63,996 nt of DNA, filler included, from Vicugna vicugna (GCA_013265495.1; 74 parts of 73 records of this genome joined end to end with filler, not necessarily neighbours in it); one strand, 5' to 3'; positions 1 to 12,941 are shown, numbered from the whole stretch's first letter. Numbers and translations are program-made. Notes: generated by a model not told the origin, from the letters alone.

Positions 1-742
1 GGCAGCCTCTGTCACTGGGATATCCTGCATAACCCCCTAGCATTCTCGGACACAGAAACATTAGGGAAACCCTCAGGGGAGACGAGCTTAGGCTTTCCGT
101 TAGAACCCACGCGCTGCCGACCGTTGGTGGAACCTCCCCAAGCTCAGGATTCCGGAACCATTGTCAGTGCGTGGNNNNNNNNNNNNNNNNNNNNNNNNNN
201 NNNNNNNNNNNNNNNNNNNNNNNNNNNNNNNNNNNNNNNNNNNNNNNNNNNNNNNNNNNNNNNNNNNNNNNNNNNNNNNNNNNNNNNNNNNNNNNNNNNN
301 NNNNNNNNNNNNNNNNNNNNNNNNNNNNNNNNNNNNNNNNNNNNNNNNNNNNNNNNNNNNNNNNNNNNNNNNNNNNNNNNNNNNNNNNNNNNNNNNNNNN
401 NNNNNNNNNNNNNNNNNNNNNNNNNNNNNNNNNNNNNNNNNNNNNNNNNNNNNNNNNNNNNNNNNNNNNNNNNNNNNNNNNNNNNNNNNNNNNNNNNNNN
501 NNNNNNNNNNNNNNNNNNNNNNNNNNNNNNNNNNNNNNNNNNNNNNNNNNNNNNNNNNNNNNNNNNNAAATCCCCCTTCCCTGGCACAGAAATTTTAGGA
601 ATACCCTCAGGGGAGACGAGTTTATGATTTCCGTTAGAACCCACGCGCTGCCGACCGTTGGTGGAACCTCCCCATGCTCCGGATTCCGTAACCATATTCA
701 GTGCGTGGGGGAGCGCGAGAGACAACTCCACGTAGCTCTCTT
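1..742 (+). repeat. Satellite family A (267-bp GC-rich monomer), gapped
   Basis: Recurrent CCGACCGTTGGTGGAACCTCCCCA...GGATTCCG core on both sides of the gap. Confidence 0.95.
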
Positions 743-842
743 NNNNNNNNNNNNNNNNNNNNNNNNNNNNNNNNNNNNNNNNNNNNTTAATTAATTAANN
801 NNNNNNNNNNNNNNNNNNNNNNNNNNNNNNNNNNNNNNNNNN
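743..842. other. Artificial scaffold-joining linker N44-TTAATTAATTAA-N44 (first of ~73 copies; last 12-mer at 63884-63895)
   Basis: Identical palindromic 12-mer flanked by 44 N each side (100 bp total). TAA occurs in all six frames. Sequence class changes abruptly across linkers. Confidence 0.98.
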
Positions 843-1596
843 AATCTATTCAAACTACATATCTCTAGGTAATAATTCGCTCCAAGAATGTATTTGTGGG
901 ATCAAAGTGTGATTAATTAAACTGGTGATATGAAGAAGCTACGAAGACAAAGTAAATATTTCAGAGTGCATTGGTAACTTGTTTGGTGGTTGAAACATCA
1001 TTCATGCGCATGTTCACAACTCAGAAGTGCATGTTTGAGGAAACCGTGATGCATGAAACATGCTCGTAATTCAAGGAATCCGTGATGCATGAAACATGCT
1101 CGTAATTCGGAAATCCATGGTTATGTAAACACTGTAAATTTCATGTGTACTGGTGAGAATTCGCTCAAAGAGTGTTTTCTGGTGCCAAATGTCCGATTTT
1201 AGAACCTGGTGAAAGGAAAAAACTGTGAAGTCATTGTAAATATTTCTAAGCCTATATAAGCCTTGTTCGGAGGGTGAAAGAACTGTAATCCACATGCTCA
1301 CAAGTCAGAAATGCATGATTGCCAAATCCGTCATACATGTAGCATGTACGGAACCCGGAATGCCATGTTGTTGGAATACATGTAAATTACATATCTGTTA
1401 GGTGGAAATAGTTCCAGAACTATTTTTCTGTGAAATCTGTGAAAAATGCACGAATTCAAACCTGGTGTTAGGGAAAGCTTCTGAAAATTTGTATACGAGT
1501 CTAGATGAAAATATTCCTTTAATAGAAGAGGAAAGATTAGTAATCAAAATACTCTCAACCCAGGAATGCATGTTTGTCAAATCCGTCATGTATGTA
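843..1596 (+). repeat. Satellite family B (~740-bp trimer of ~247-bp subunits)
   Basis: Recurrent CATGCTCACAA(C/G)TCAGAAATGCATG...AATCCGTCATG anchors, collinear with 54909-55743. Confidence 0.93.
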
Positions 1597-1696
1597 NNNN
1601 NNNNNNNNNNNNNNNNNNNNNNNNNNNNNNNNNNNNNNNNTTAATTAATTAANNNNNNNNNNNNNNNNNNNNNNNNNNNNNNNNNNNNNNNNNNNN

Positions 1697-3020
1697 GATT
1701 CCGGAACCGTTGTCAGTGCGTGGGCGAGCTCGAGAGACAACACCACGTAGCGCTCCTCAGTCACAGGAGTTCCCTGTTCGTGGAAGTCCGAGAAATAACT
1801 TCCCTGACCTTGGGGAGGCAGCCTTGGTCACTNNNNNNNNNNNNNNNNNNNNNNNNNNNNNNNNNNNNNNNNNNNNNNNNNNNNNNNNNNNNNNNNNNNN
1901 NNNNNNNNNNNNNNNNNNNNNNNNNNNNNNNNNNNNNNNNNNNNNNNNNNNNNNNNNNNNNNNNNNNNNNNNNNNNNNNNNNNNNNNNNNNNNNNNNNNN
2001 NNNNNNNNNNNNNNNNNNNNNNNNNNNNNNNNNNNNNNNNNNNNNNNNNNNNNNNNNNNNNNNNNNNNNNNNNNNNNNNNNNNNNNNNNNNNNNNNNNNN
2101 NNNNNNNNNNNNNNNNNNNNNNNNNNNNNNNNNNNNNNNNNNNNNNNNNNNNNNNNNNNNNNNNNNNNNNNNNNNNNNCGACCGTTGGTGGAACCTCCCC
2201 ACGCTCAGGATTCCAGGAACCATTGTCGGTGCGTGGGGGAGCTCGAGAGACAACTCCACGCAGCTCTCTTCAGTCACAGGAGTCCCTGTTCGGGGAAGTC
2301 CGAGAAATACCCTCCCTGGCCTTTGGGAGGCAGCCTCGGTCACTGGGTTATCCTGCAATCACTCCGAGCCTTCCCTGGCACAGAGACATTAGGAAAACCC
2401 TCAGGGGAGACGAGCTTAGGCATTCCGTTAGATCCCACGCGCTGCCGACCGTTGGTGGAACCTCCCCACGTTCAGGATTTCGGTACCGTTGTCAGTGCTT
2501 GGGGGAGAACGAGATACAACTCCACGCAGCTCTCTNNNNNNNNNNNNNNNNNNNNNNNNNNNNNNNNNNNNNNNNNNNNNNNNNNNNNNNNNNNNNNNNN
2601 NNNNNNNNNNNNNNNNNNNNNNNNNNNNNNNNNNNNNNNNNNNNNNNNNNNNNNNNNNNNNNNNNNNNNNNNNNNNNNNNNNNNNNNNNNNNNNNNNNNN
2701 NNNNNNNNNNNNNNNNNNNNNNNNNNNNNNNNNNNNNNNNNNNNNNNNNNNNNNNNNNNNNNNNNNNNNNNNNNNNNNNNNNNNNNNNNNNNNNNNNNNN
2801 NNNNNNNNNNNNNNNNNNNNNNNNNNGGGGAAGTCCAAGAAATACCTTCCCTGAACTTGGGGAGGCAACCTCGGTCACTGGGATATCCTGCAATCACCCC
2901 TAGCATTCCCTGGCACAGAGACATTAGGAAAACCCTCAGGGGAGAAGAGCTTGTGCATTGCGTTAGAACCTATATGCTGCCGACCTTTGGTGGAACCTCC
3001 CCTCTCTCAGGATTCCGGAA
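1697..3020 (+). repeat. Satellite A array fragment
   Basis: Several monomer cores between gaps. Confidence 0.95.
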
Positions 3021-3120
3021 NNNNNNNNNNNNNNNNNNNNNNNNNNNNNNNNNNNNNNNNNNNNTTAATTAATTAANNNNNNNNNNNNNNNNNNNNNNNN
3101 NNNNNNNNNNNNNNNNNNNN

Positions 3121-3921
3121 GAAACGCATGATTGCCAAATCCATCATACATGAAGCATGTATGGACCCCAGAATACCATGCTGTTAGAATACATGTAAAT
3201 TAAATATCTGTAAGGTGGAAATCGTTCCAGAACACTTTTTCTGTGAAAAATTCACGAATTCGAACCTGGTGTTAGGGAAAGCTTCTGAAAATGTGTACAC
3301 GTGTCTAGATGAAAATATTCCTTTTATAGAGGATGAAAGATTAGTNNNNNNNNNNNNNNNNNNNNNNNNNNNNNNNNNNNNNNNNNNNNNNNNNNNNNNN
3401 NNNNNNNNNNNNNNNNNNNNNNNNNNNNNNNNNNNNNNNNNNNNNNNNNNNNNNNNNNNNNNNNNNNNNNNNNNNNNNNNNNNNNNNNNNNNNNNNNNNN
3501 NNNNNNNNNNNNNNNNNNNNNNNNNNNNNNNNNNNNNNNNNNNNNNNNNNNNNNNNNNNNNNNNNNNNNNNNNNNNNNNNNNNNNNNNNNNNNNNNNNNN
3601 NNNNNNNNNNNNNNNNNNNNNNNNNNNNNNNNNNNNNNNNNNNNNNNNNNNNNNNNNNNNNNNNNNNNNNNNNNNNNNNNNNNNNNNNNNNNNNNNNNNN
3701 NNNNNNNNNNNNNNNNNNNNNNNNNNNNNNNNNNNNNNNNNNNNNNNNNNNNNNNNNNNNNNNNNNNNNNNNNNNNNNNNNNNNNNNNNNNNNNNNNNNN
3801 NNNNNNNNGTGTATATACGTTTGGTGGATGAAAGGTCAGTAATCCACATACTCACAAGTCAGAACTGCATTACTGCCGAATCCGTCATGCATGAAGCATG
3901 TACGGAACCCGGAAAGCCATG
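3121..3921 (+). repeat. Satellite B fragment
   Basis: Matches B subunit sequence on both sides of the gap. Confidence 0.92.
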
Positions 3922-4169
3922 NNNNNNNNNNNNNNNNNNNNNNNNNNNNNNNNNNNNNNNNNNNNTTAATTAATTAANNNNNNNNNNNNNNNNNNNNNNN
4001 NNNNNNNNNNNNNNNNNNNNNACAAACCATGCTGCCTCACTGGAACCTTCCTGGAAAGAAATACAGCGTTTTTGGGGGGGGGGGAAGAAGACTGAGCAGC
4101 TGATCAAGGGTGGAAGGGAGAATTTTTCACTGAGTATCTTTTTGAAATTTTAGACCTTTTAAAAAAATT

Positions 4170-4822
4170 AACAGTTTTAGATTTACAGAAAAGTCGTGAA
4201 GACGCACAGAGAGTTCCCGTATACCCCCCAGCCAGTGTCCTCTTTCGTTAACATGAGTGTAGTGCACTTGTTACAATTAATGAACCAATATTAATATGTT
4301 ACTATTAATAAAATCCATTCTTGATTCAGGTTTCCTTAGCTTTTCCCTAATGTCCTTTTTCTGTCTAGAATTCCTTCCAGGATACCATATTACATTTAGT
4401 CATCATGTTCCCATAGATTTCTCTTGACTGTGACAGTTTCTCAGATTTTGCTTGTTTCTAATGACCTTGACAGTTTTGGGGAGTGTTGGTCAGATATTTT
4501 GTAGACTGTCCCTCAGTTGGGATTTCTCTGATGTTTACTCATGATTAGACTGGGGTTATGGGTTTTTGGGAGGAAGACCACAGAGGCGATGTGCCATTCT
4601 CTTCCCATGATATCCAGGGTACATACTATGAACATGACTTGATCACCTGGCTGAGGTAGTGTTTGTCAGGTTTCTCCACTGCCACCTTTTCCCCCTTTCT
4701 GTGTTATACTCTTCAGAAGGCAGTCATTCTGTGAAGCCCACATTTAAGGAGTGGGGAATTACATTCCATCTCCTCAGGGGGTGAAATATCTACGTCAATT
4801 ATTTGGAATTCATCCACACAGA
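4170..4822 (-). mobile_element. Ancient LINE-1 3' region, L1MC3/L1MC4 (MER42-type) like
   Basis: Recognised motifs GTTTTAGATTTACAGAAAAG, TTACATTTAGTCATCATG, CATGATTAGACTGGGGTTATGGGTTTTTGGGAGGAAGACCACAGAGG. Subfamily assigned from memory. Confidence 0.75.
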
Positions 4823-5834
4823 NNNNNNNNNNNNNNNNNNNNNNNNNNNNNNNNNNNNNNNNNNNNTTAATTAATTAANNNNNNNNNNNNNNNNNNNNNN
4901 NNNNNNNNNNNNNNNNNNNNNNACTTATAATATTTACCTATACTGTCTTGAAAACTGAGGCCAAATATATATACAAGTTCAGTAAAAGATTCCCCTCACT
5001 TACCACACTCCCTTCACCCCAGAGAAGACACAAAACCAGCATTTGCTGAATCTAGTGGAAGACCATCGTTTCTTTGTGTGAGATAATTATTCATATCCTA
5101 TCTATTTCAGTCGAGAATTTTAGACCTTTAAGGAGTTCACTGTTGTTCACAGAGTGTGAAGCTGGAGGAACTCTGATTCGAGGAGGGGCTTGCCCTTCTC
5201 GTACTGGCTTCATTGCAGCTCAGGTACTGATCCTTCCAAATGGATGCCTTAGTGGAGGGGAGGGAAGAGCAAGTGCTTGTTAGCTAGGCCCAAACCTGGG
5301 AAAAGGCTTAGCTGGGCTTGGTGCACTTTGGTCTGAAAGGCTTGGAAATGACCGTTGGGACATGTGGATGCTCACGACCTCTTCCAAGAACATGAGCGTT
5401 TTGATCACATCTGCCATCTCTTCTCTTTTANNNNNNNNNNNNNNNNNNNNNNNNNNNNNNNNNNNNNNNNNNNNNNNNNNNNNNNNNNNNNGTATGTTTC
5501 TTCCAGTATCAGCGAGGTTCCATAGGTCTCATGAATGCCTTTCGAGCCTGGTATCCTCTACAGCTGTCTCCAGGCCAGTAATCTCCATTGTAGCAGAACA
5601 TCTCTCAGCAATGTGTTCGCATCTCTCCTCAATCCGTGCAGCCAGGATTTCGGACAGCTTCTCTTCGCATCTCCCATACAGTCGACTTTAACAGGACTGG
5701 GCATGTCTGAAAGTACCTCGGAGCCTCACCAGTANNNNNNNNNNNNNNNNNNNNNNNNNNNNNNNNNNNNNNNNNNNNTTAATTAATTAANNNNNNNNNN
5801 NNNNNNNNNNNNNNNNNNNNNNNNNNNNNNNNNN

Positions 5835-6561
5835 AATCATGCGTTTCTGACTGTGAGCATGTGGATTACAGACCTTTCACCCTCCAAACACTTCGTATAA
5901 AGACTTAGAAATATTTACTATGACTTCATAGGTTTTTCCTATCACCAGGTTGTAAAATCGGACATTTGGCACCAGAAAACACCCTTTGAGCGAATTCTCA
6001 CCAATACACATGTAATATACATTGTTTACATTACCATNNNNNNNNNNNNNNNNNNNNNNNNNNNNNNNNNNNNNNNNNNNNNNNNNNNNNNNNNNNNNNN
6101 NNNNNNNNNNNNNNNNNNNNNTGCGCATGACTGATGTTTCCACCACCAAACAAGTTACCTATGCACTATGAAATATTTATTTTGACTTTGTAGCTTCTTC
6201 CTATCACCAGTTTCAAGAATCACAATTTGATCCCACAAAAACCCTCTTGGAGCGAATTTCTCCCTAGATATAAGTAATTTGAATAGATTCCATCTACATG
6301 ATATTCCGTGTTCCGTACATGCTACATACATGACGGCTTTGACAAACATGCATTCCTGAGTTGAGAGCATGTGGATTACTTATCTTTCATCCTCTATAAA
6401 CGGAATATTTTCATCTAGACACGTGTACACATTTTCACAAGCTTTCCCTAACACCAGGTTCGAATTCGTGCATTTTTCACAGAAAAATTTTTCTGGAACG
6501 ACTTCCACCTTACAGATTGTAATTTACATGTATTCCAACAACATGGCATTCCGGGTTTCGT
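5835..6561 (-). repeat. Satellite B fragment (reverse)
   Basis: Reverse complement of B subunits. Confidence 0.93.
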
Positions 6562-6661
6562 NNNNNNNNNNNNNNNNNNNNNNNNNNNNNNNNNNNNNNN
6601 NNNNNTTAATTAATTAANNNNNNNNNNNNNNNNNNNNNNNNNNNNNNNNNNNNNNNNNNNN

Positions 6662-7445
6662 GGAGGTTCTTCCCAATAACAGCAGCGCATGGGTTCTAAT
6701 ACAATACCTTAACTTGTTTCCATAATGGATTGAAAAGGCCGGTGTGCGGGGGAAAGTTGGGATTTGGCTCTAAACCAAGTATTAGCGAGAGCCTATCCAT
6801 GGGATATGGGTGTTTGACCTACAACCCACAACCGTGGAATAACTGTGCCCCCTGAAAAATGCGTGTGCTATGTTTCCCCANNNNNNNNNNNNNNNNNNNN
6901 NNNNNNNNNNNNNNNNNNNNNNNNNNNNNNNNNNNNNNNNNNNNNNNNNNNNNNNNNNNNNNNNNNNNNNNNNNNNNNNNNNNNNNNNNNNNNNNNNNNN
7001 NNNNNNNNNNNNNNNNNNNNNNNNNNNNNNNNNNNNNNNNNNNNNNNNNNNNNNNNNNNNNNNNNNNNNNNNNNNNNNNNNNNNNNNNNNNNNNNNNNNN
7101 NNNNNNNNNNNNNNNNNNNNNNNNNNNNNNNNNNNNNNNNNNNNNNNNNTTCCCCACCTCCAGCACACACACGGAGACGTGCTCAGGTATCCTGATTGTG
7201 GGGAGGCTCCTCCAAATGACAGCAGCGCCTGGGTTCTAATAGAATCCCTTAGCTTGTCTTCCCTGATGGCATGCCTAGGCTGGAGAGAAGGGGAAAGAGG
7301 GGGTTGGGCTCTAAACCTAGTATTAGCGAGAGCCTATCCATGGGATGTGGGTTTTTAACCTACAACCCACAATCATGGAATAAATGTGCCCTCTGAAAAT
7401 TGCTTTGACTGTTTCCCTACATCCAGCACACACACGAAGTATTGT
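6662..7445. repeat. Satellite family D (~265-bp diverged monomers)
   Basis: 7151-7388 is collinear and near-identical to 52811-53048. Confidence 0.9.
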
Positions 7446-7545
7446 NNNNNNNNNNNNNNNNNNNNNNNNNNNNNNNNNNNNNNNNNNNNTTAATTAATTA
7501 ANNNNNNNNNNNNNNNNNNNNNNNNNNNNNNNNNNNNNNNNNNNN

Positions 7546-8250
7546 GAATAAAGAATACAGAACACAGATTTTAGAACAATGGAATGCAGGACAGAAGATA
7601 GAATATAGAACACAGAATTAGAATGAAGAATATAGAATTTAGAACACAGAAAATAGAATATAGAATACAGGATTCAGAACCCAGAATTAAGAAAATGGAA
7701 TACAAAACCCAGAACACAGAATATAGAAAACACAACACAGATCCCAGAATTTAGAATATGGATTTCAGAACTCAGAATTTAGAATACAGAATACAGAATA
7801 AAGAATGTAGAATACAGAGTGTACAACACAGTATATAGAATATAGAATACAGAATGCAGAACCCAGAATTTAGAACAAGGAATGCAGAACCCAGAATTTT
7901 GAATATAGAATGCAGAATACAGAATATAGAATTTAGAATACAGAATGTAGAATACAGAAAGTAGAATACAGAATACCGAATATAGAATGTAGAATATAGA
8001 GTGTAGAATCTAGAATGTAGAACACAGAATATAATAGAATATAGAGAATAGAGAACACAGAATTAAGAACATGGAATTCAGAAGAAAGAATTATTAGCAG
8101 AATACAGAATATACAATATAGAATGTAGAATACAGTTTGTAGTACACAAAATATAGAATATAAAATACAGAATACAGAACCCAAGAATTAGAACATGGAA
8201 TTCAGAACAGAGAAATTAGAATATTCAGTACAGAATAAAGAATATAGAAT
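7546..8250 (+). repeat. Satellite family E, degenerate heptamer (AGAATAT/AGAATAC/AGAACAC/AGAATTT)n
   Basis: 7-bp periodic GAA with strong purine strand bias. Confidence 0.95.
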
Positions 8251-8350
8251 NNNNNNNNNNNNNNNNNNNNNNNNNNNNNNNNNNNNNNNNNNNNTTAATT
8301 AATTAANNNNNNNNNNNNNNNNNNNNNNNNNNNNNNNNNNNNNNNNNNNN

Positions 8351-9057
8351 GGGTTCTAACGGAATGCACAAGCTCGTCTCCCCTGAGGGTTTTCCAAATG
8401 TCTCTCTGCCATGGAATGCTAGGGGTGTTTGCAGGATATCCCAGTGACAGAGGCTGCCTCCCCAAGGTCAGGGAAGGTATTTCTCGGACTTCCCCGAACA
8501 GGGAACACCTGTGANNNNNNNNNNNNNNNNNNNNNNNNNNNNNNNNNNNNNNNNNNNNNNNNNNNNNNNNNNNNNNNNNNNNNNNNNNNNNNNNNNNNNN
8601 NNNNNNNNNNNNNNNNNNNNNNNNNNNNNNNNNNNNNNNNNNNNNNNNNNNNNNNNCTTGAGGGTTTTCCTAATGTCTCTGTGCCAGGGAATGCTAGGGG
8701 GGTTTGCAGGATATCCCAGTGACAGAGCCTGCCTCCCCAAGGTCAGGGAAGTTATTTCTAGGACTTCCCCGAACAGGGAACACCTGTGACTGAACGAGCT
8801 GCGTGGAGTTGTCTCTCGAGCTCCCCCACGCACTGACAATGGTTCCGGAATCCTGAACGTGGGGAGGTTCCACCAACGGTCGGCAGCGCGTGGGTTCTTA
8901 TGGAATGCCTAACTCGTGTCCCCTGATAGTTTTCCTAATGTCTCTGTGCCAGGGAATGCTAGGGGGATTTGCAGAATATCCCAGTGACAGAGGCTGCTTT
9001 CCCCAAGGTCATGGAAATTATTTCTCAGACTTCCCCGAACAGGGAACACCTGTGACT
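8351..9057 (-). repeat. Satellite A fragment (reverse)
   Basis: GGAGGTTCCACCAACGGTCGGCAGCGCGTGGGTTC core. Confidence 0.95.
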
Positions 9058-12000
9058 NNNNNNNNNNNNNNNNNNNNNNNNNNNNNNNNNNNNNNNNNNN
9101 NTTAATTAATTAANNNNNNNNNNNNNNNNNNNNNNNNNNNNNNNNNNNNNNNNNNNNACTGCACTTAAAATGTTTAGATATATAGGATGTGAGCTCCCAA
9201 GTTTGCTCTGGAAATGCACTTCCAAAGGTCCAGAGCATTTATGTTGGCTCGACTGAGACTGTAAGTGGCAAAGACCGTCTCCAGAGAGGAGGGGCTCCTG
9301 CTTCACGCTCCGAAGCCAGGATCTACTGAGAGGATAAAACAATGGACACTGAGACCCTCAATTGTAAATAGATTTAGAATAAAGCCAAAGGTGTGTATGA
9401 CGTGTGTGTGCNNNNNNNNNNNNNNNNNNNNNNNNNNNNNNNNNNNNNNNNNNNNNNNNNNNNNNNNNNNNNNNNNNNNNNNNNNNNNNNNNNNNNNNNN
9501 NNNNNNNNNNNNNNNNNNNNNNNNNNNNNNNNNNNNNNNNNNNNNNNNNNNNNNNNNNNNNNNNNNNNNNNNNNNNNNNNNNNNNNNNNNNNNNNNNNNN
9601 NNNNNNNNNNNNNNNNNNNNNNNNNNNNNNNNNNNNNNNNNNNNNNNNNNNNNNNNNNNNNNNNNNNNNNNNNNNNNNNNNNNNNNNNNNNNNNNNNNNN
9701 NNNNNNNNNNNNNNNNNNNNNNNNNNNNNNNNNNNNNNNNNNNNNNNNNNNNNNNNNNNNNNNNNNNNNNNNNNNNNNNNNNNNNNNNNNNNNNNNNNNN
9801 NNNNNNNNNNNNNNNNNNNNNNNNNNNNNNNNNNNNNNNNNNNNNNNNNNNNNNNNNNNNNAGGGCCAGGACGCAGTCCAAGCCACGCTGCTCCAGAGGC
9901 CTGGGGCCCTGCTCACGATTACACGTGGCCTCTTGGCAGGGGAACAGATTCTGATGGGCTGTGGCCAGCGTGCAGGCTGTCCAAGCCGGGGACTCGGGAA
10001 GCCAGGCGGAGAGTACCAGACAGCAGACAAGAGTGACGCCCTGCTCAGAAGTCAGAGAGGTTCCTAGGTCTTGGATGAGGAAGGAGGCTCATTGCTCATC
10101 CTTGATCCATTTGCTAGTGGCCAAAAGGACCAAGGCCCACGAGAGCTCTTCTGGGAGCTGCCTGCCAAAACNNNNNNNNNNNNNNNNNNNNNNNNNNNNN
10201 NNNNNNNNNNNNNNNTTAATTAATTAANNNNNNNNNNNNNNNNNNNNNNNNNNNNNNNNNNNNNNNNNNNNAAAAAAAAAAAGGAATAGGAGCCTTGCGT
10301 GTTGGAGACATTTAAAGAGGATAGATATGACCCCAACAATTGTAGGTAAATATAAACAATAAGGCAGAGGGCCAGGGCAAAGTAAGATCATGTATTTTTG
10401 GTAAGCTAGTCTAAATACTGTTATTATTCTTAATATAGCAAAAAACTGTTGAGACATTTTAAGCAAGAGAGCAACATATGCTAAGACACATAAATGAATA
10501 AATACAATAACAGAGAATAGATTAGAGCTACTAAGACAGGACATCCCAAAACCACTTACACTGTTATTATTATGGTCTAGATAACAGATGTTTGGAATTT
10601 GAAAAAAAAAGATAGCAGTAGATGAATAGAAGTAGAACAAATGACTGATTCACATGGAATCAGATTTTTTACTGAATGTGGCTTGGACTGGATATGATAG
10701 GTGTAGGAGGCAAATTTTCTGGTAAGTTTCTTCATTCTTTGCCTTTGATAGAGAATAATAGCATTTTCTGAGATTAAGCAGGAACAGCAAAAGTCCTTGA
10801 ATGAGTGTTGGCAAGAATATAGAAAAATGATTATGTTGGGGCATGTCAAATTTCTGATTATCTTGAGGTATTTACATAGTAATGACAGAAAGACATGTGG
10901 ACATTTGAGTCTGAGGCAAGAAGACATGTGGACATTTGAGTCTGAGGCAAGTAATACAACGTTCAGAATCATCGTAAACTTGTCCTCAAATGTATAGAAA
11001 TTGGTTGGATTTTTCTGAAATAATACNNNNNNNNNNNNNNNNNNNNNNNNNNNNNNNNNNNNNNNNNNNNTTAATTAATTAANNNNNNNNNNNNNNNNNN
11101 NNNNNNNNNNNNNNNNNNNNNNNNNNGCTGAGGCCCCAGGCATCAGTCAAGGTAGGTGCAACGGTAAAATGTAAGCAGCAACCACCTTCTCCCACTGGAC
11201 AGGCTGGTGGGTGAGCAGTGGAAGCCTGGAGCCCTGCCCCAGCCCCCAGGCCAGTGCCTCTTCTTTTGTCATAGGAGGCACTGGTGACATTTTTGCTCAG
11301 CAACTGCTTGGCTGTGAGTCTGCAGTCCCACCAGAAAATGCCAGCTTGTTTTTGCTTTTTGAAGTCGGCCCTTGGGATTTGGCGGAGTAGCTGGATGTGT
11401 GCTTAGCCCATAGTGGTTGACATTGTCACCACTGTTTACCCAGAACCTCGTGTACCAGGCATGGCTCTCGGCATCAAATACAGCAGCGCATTAAACCTCC
11501 CTCCTTGTGGGTCTGTCTGTTCTGGTTCCATAAGAGCTNNNNNNNNNNNNNNNNNNNNNNNNNNNNNNNNNNNNNNNNNNNNNNNNNNNNNNNNNNNNNN
11601 NNNNNNNNNNNNNNNNNNNNNNNNNNNNNNNNNNNNNNNNNNNNNNNNNNNNNNNNNNNNNNNNNNNNNNNNNNNNNNNNNNNNNNNNNNNNNNNNNNNN
11701 NNNNNNNNNNNNNNNNNNNNNNNNNNNNNNNNNNNNNNNNNNNNNNNNNNNNNNNNNNNNNNNNNNNNNNNNNNNNNNNNNNNNNNNNNNNNNNNNNNNN
11801 NNNNNNNNNNNNNNNNNNNNNNNNNNNNNNNNNNNNNNNNNNNNNNNNNNNNNNNNNNNNNNNNNNNNNNNNNNNNNNNNNNNNNNNNNNNNNNNNNNNN
11901 NNNNNNNNNNNNTTGTACATGCTGTGAAAATCATTTTTGTTCTTGTGTGTTTCTAATTTTCTCTTGTTCCTCTTTTCCTTTTTCTTTATTCCTTTTTCTC

Positions 12001-12351
12001 TTGTACTGCCCAGTGAGCATGTTGTTGTGTCTGAAAATGTGGGCTGTTCACACCCTGCATTGGAAATAGCCCGATTGCCCTCCGTACTGTCTCCATCTCT
12101 TTAAAAAGCAAAAACTTAATGGCTGCCTTGATCCATGTATTACCCTAGTCATCATTTTATTTTCTAGTTTTTTGGAATTTTTGCTCTGTTAGCCCATCAC
12201 CCATTTGAGTTTGATACCTGTTAAAATCCTTGCTTTGAGGAACCTGTTCGGNNNNNNNNNNNNNNNNNNNNNNNNNNNNNNNNNNNNNNNNNNNNTTAAT
12301 TAATTAANNNNNNNNNNNNNNNNNNNNNNNNNNNNNNNNNNNNNNNNNNNN

Positions 12352-12680
12352 ATTAGGAAATTGATCCATTTTTATCTTATTTTGTATTCTATGGAAAGAA
12401 GTGCTCATATATCTTCCTTTTACTTGTACTGTCCAGTTTTCCCAGAATTACTTGTTGAAGAGACTGCTTTTTTTCCATTGTATACTCTTGCCACCTTTAT
12501 TGTAGACTAATTGACCATATGTGTGTGGGTTCATTTTCGGACTCTTTATTTTGTTCCAGTGATTTATGTGTCTCTTTTAGTGATATATTTTGATGTTTTG
12601 ATTACTGTAGCTTTGTAGTACATTATAAACACAGGGAGGATAATACCTACAGTGTTGTACGTTTTTCAATGATAATTTTA
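12352..12680 (-). mobile_element. Degenerate LINE-1 ORF2 fragment
   Basis: Antisense L1 motifs CAGTTTTCCCAG...TTGTTGAAGAGACT and TTTTGATTACTGTAGCTTTGTAGTA. Confidence 0.8.
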
Positions 12681-12941
12681 GAAAATTTGGTTCTTTCCTA
12701 TTTATTTTGTATAAATTTTATTATTTTTCTCCTTGTTTTTAGAAGAAACGTATGGATTCTGTGAGAATAGAAATTTATTAAATGTAAAAACCTAAGAAAA
12801 ATAGTAAAATGTGGAGGACAAATCATACAATATTAAACAACNNNNNNNNNNNNNNNNNNNNNNNNNNNNNNNNNNNNNNNNNNNNTTAATTAATTAANNN
12901 NNNNNNNNNNNNNNNNNNNNNNNNNNNNNNNNNNNNNNNNN

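Noticed and set aside
7933..8184. Hydrophobic F/Y/I/L/C-rich ORFs resembling membrane peptides (also 45455-45838, 57742-57999)
   Set aside because: Antisense translation of heptamer satellite E
10890..10951. Perfect 31-bp tandem repeat as a minisatellite or regulatory duplication
   Set aside because: Fits the copy-A-copy assembly-scar pattern and is not trusted without reads
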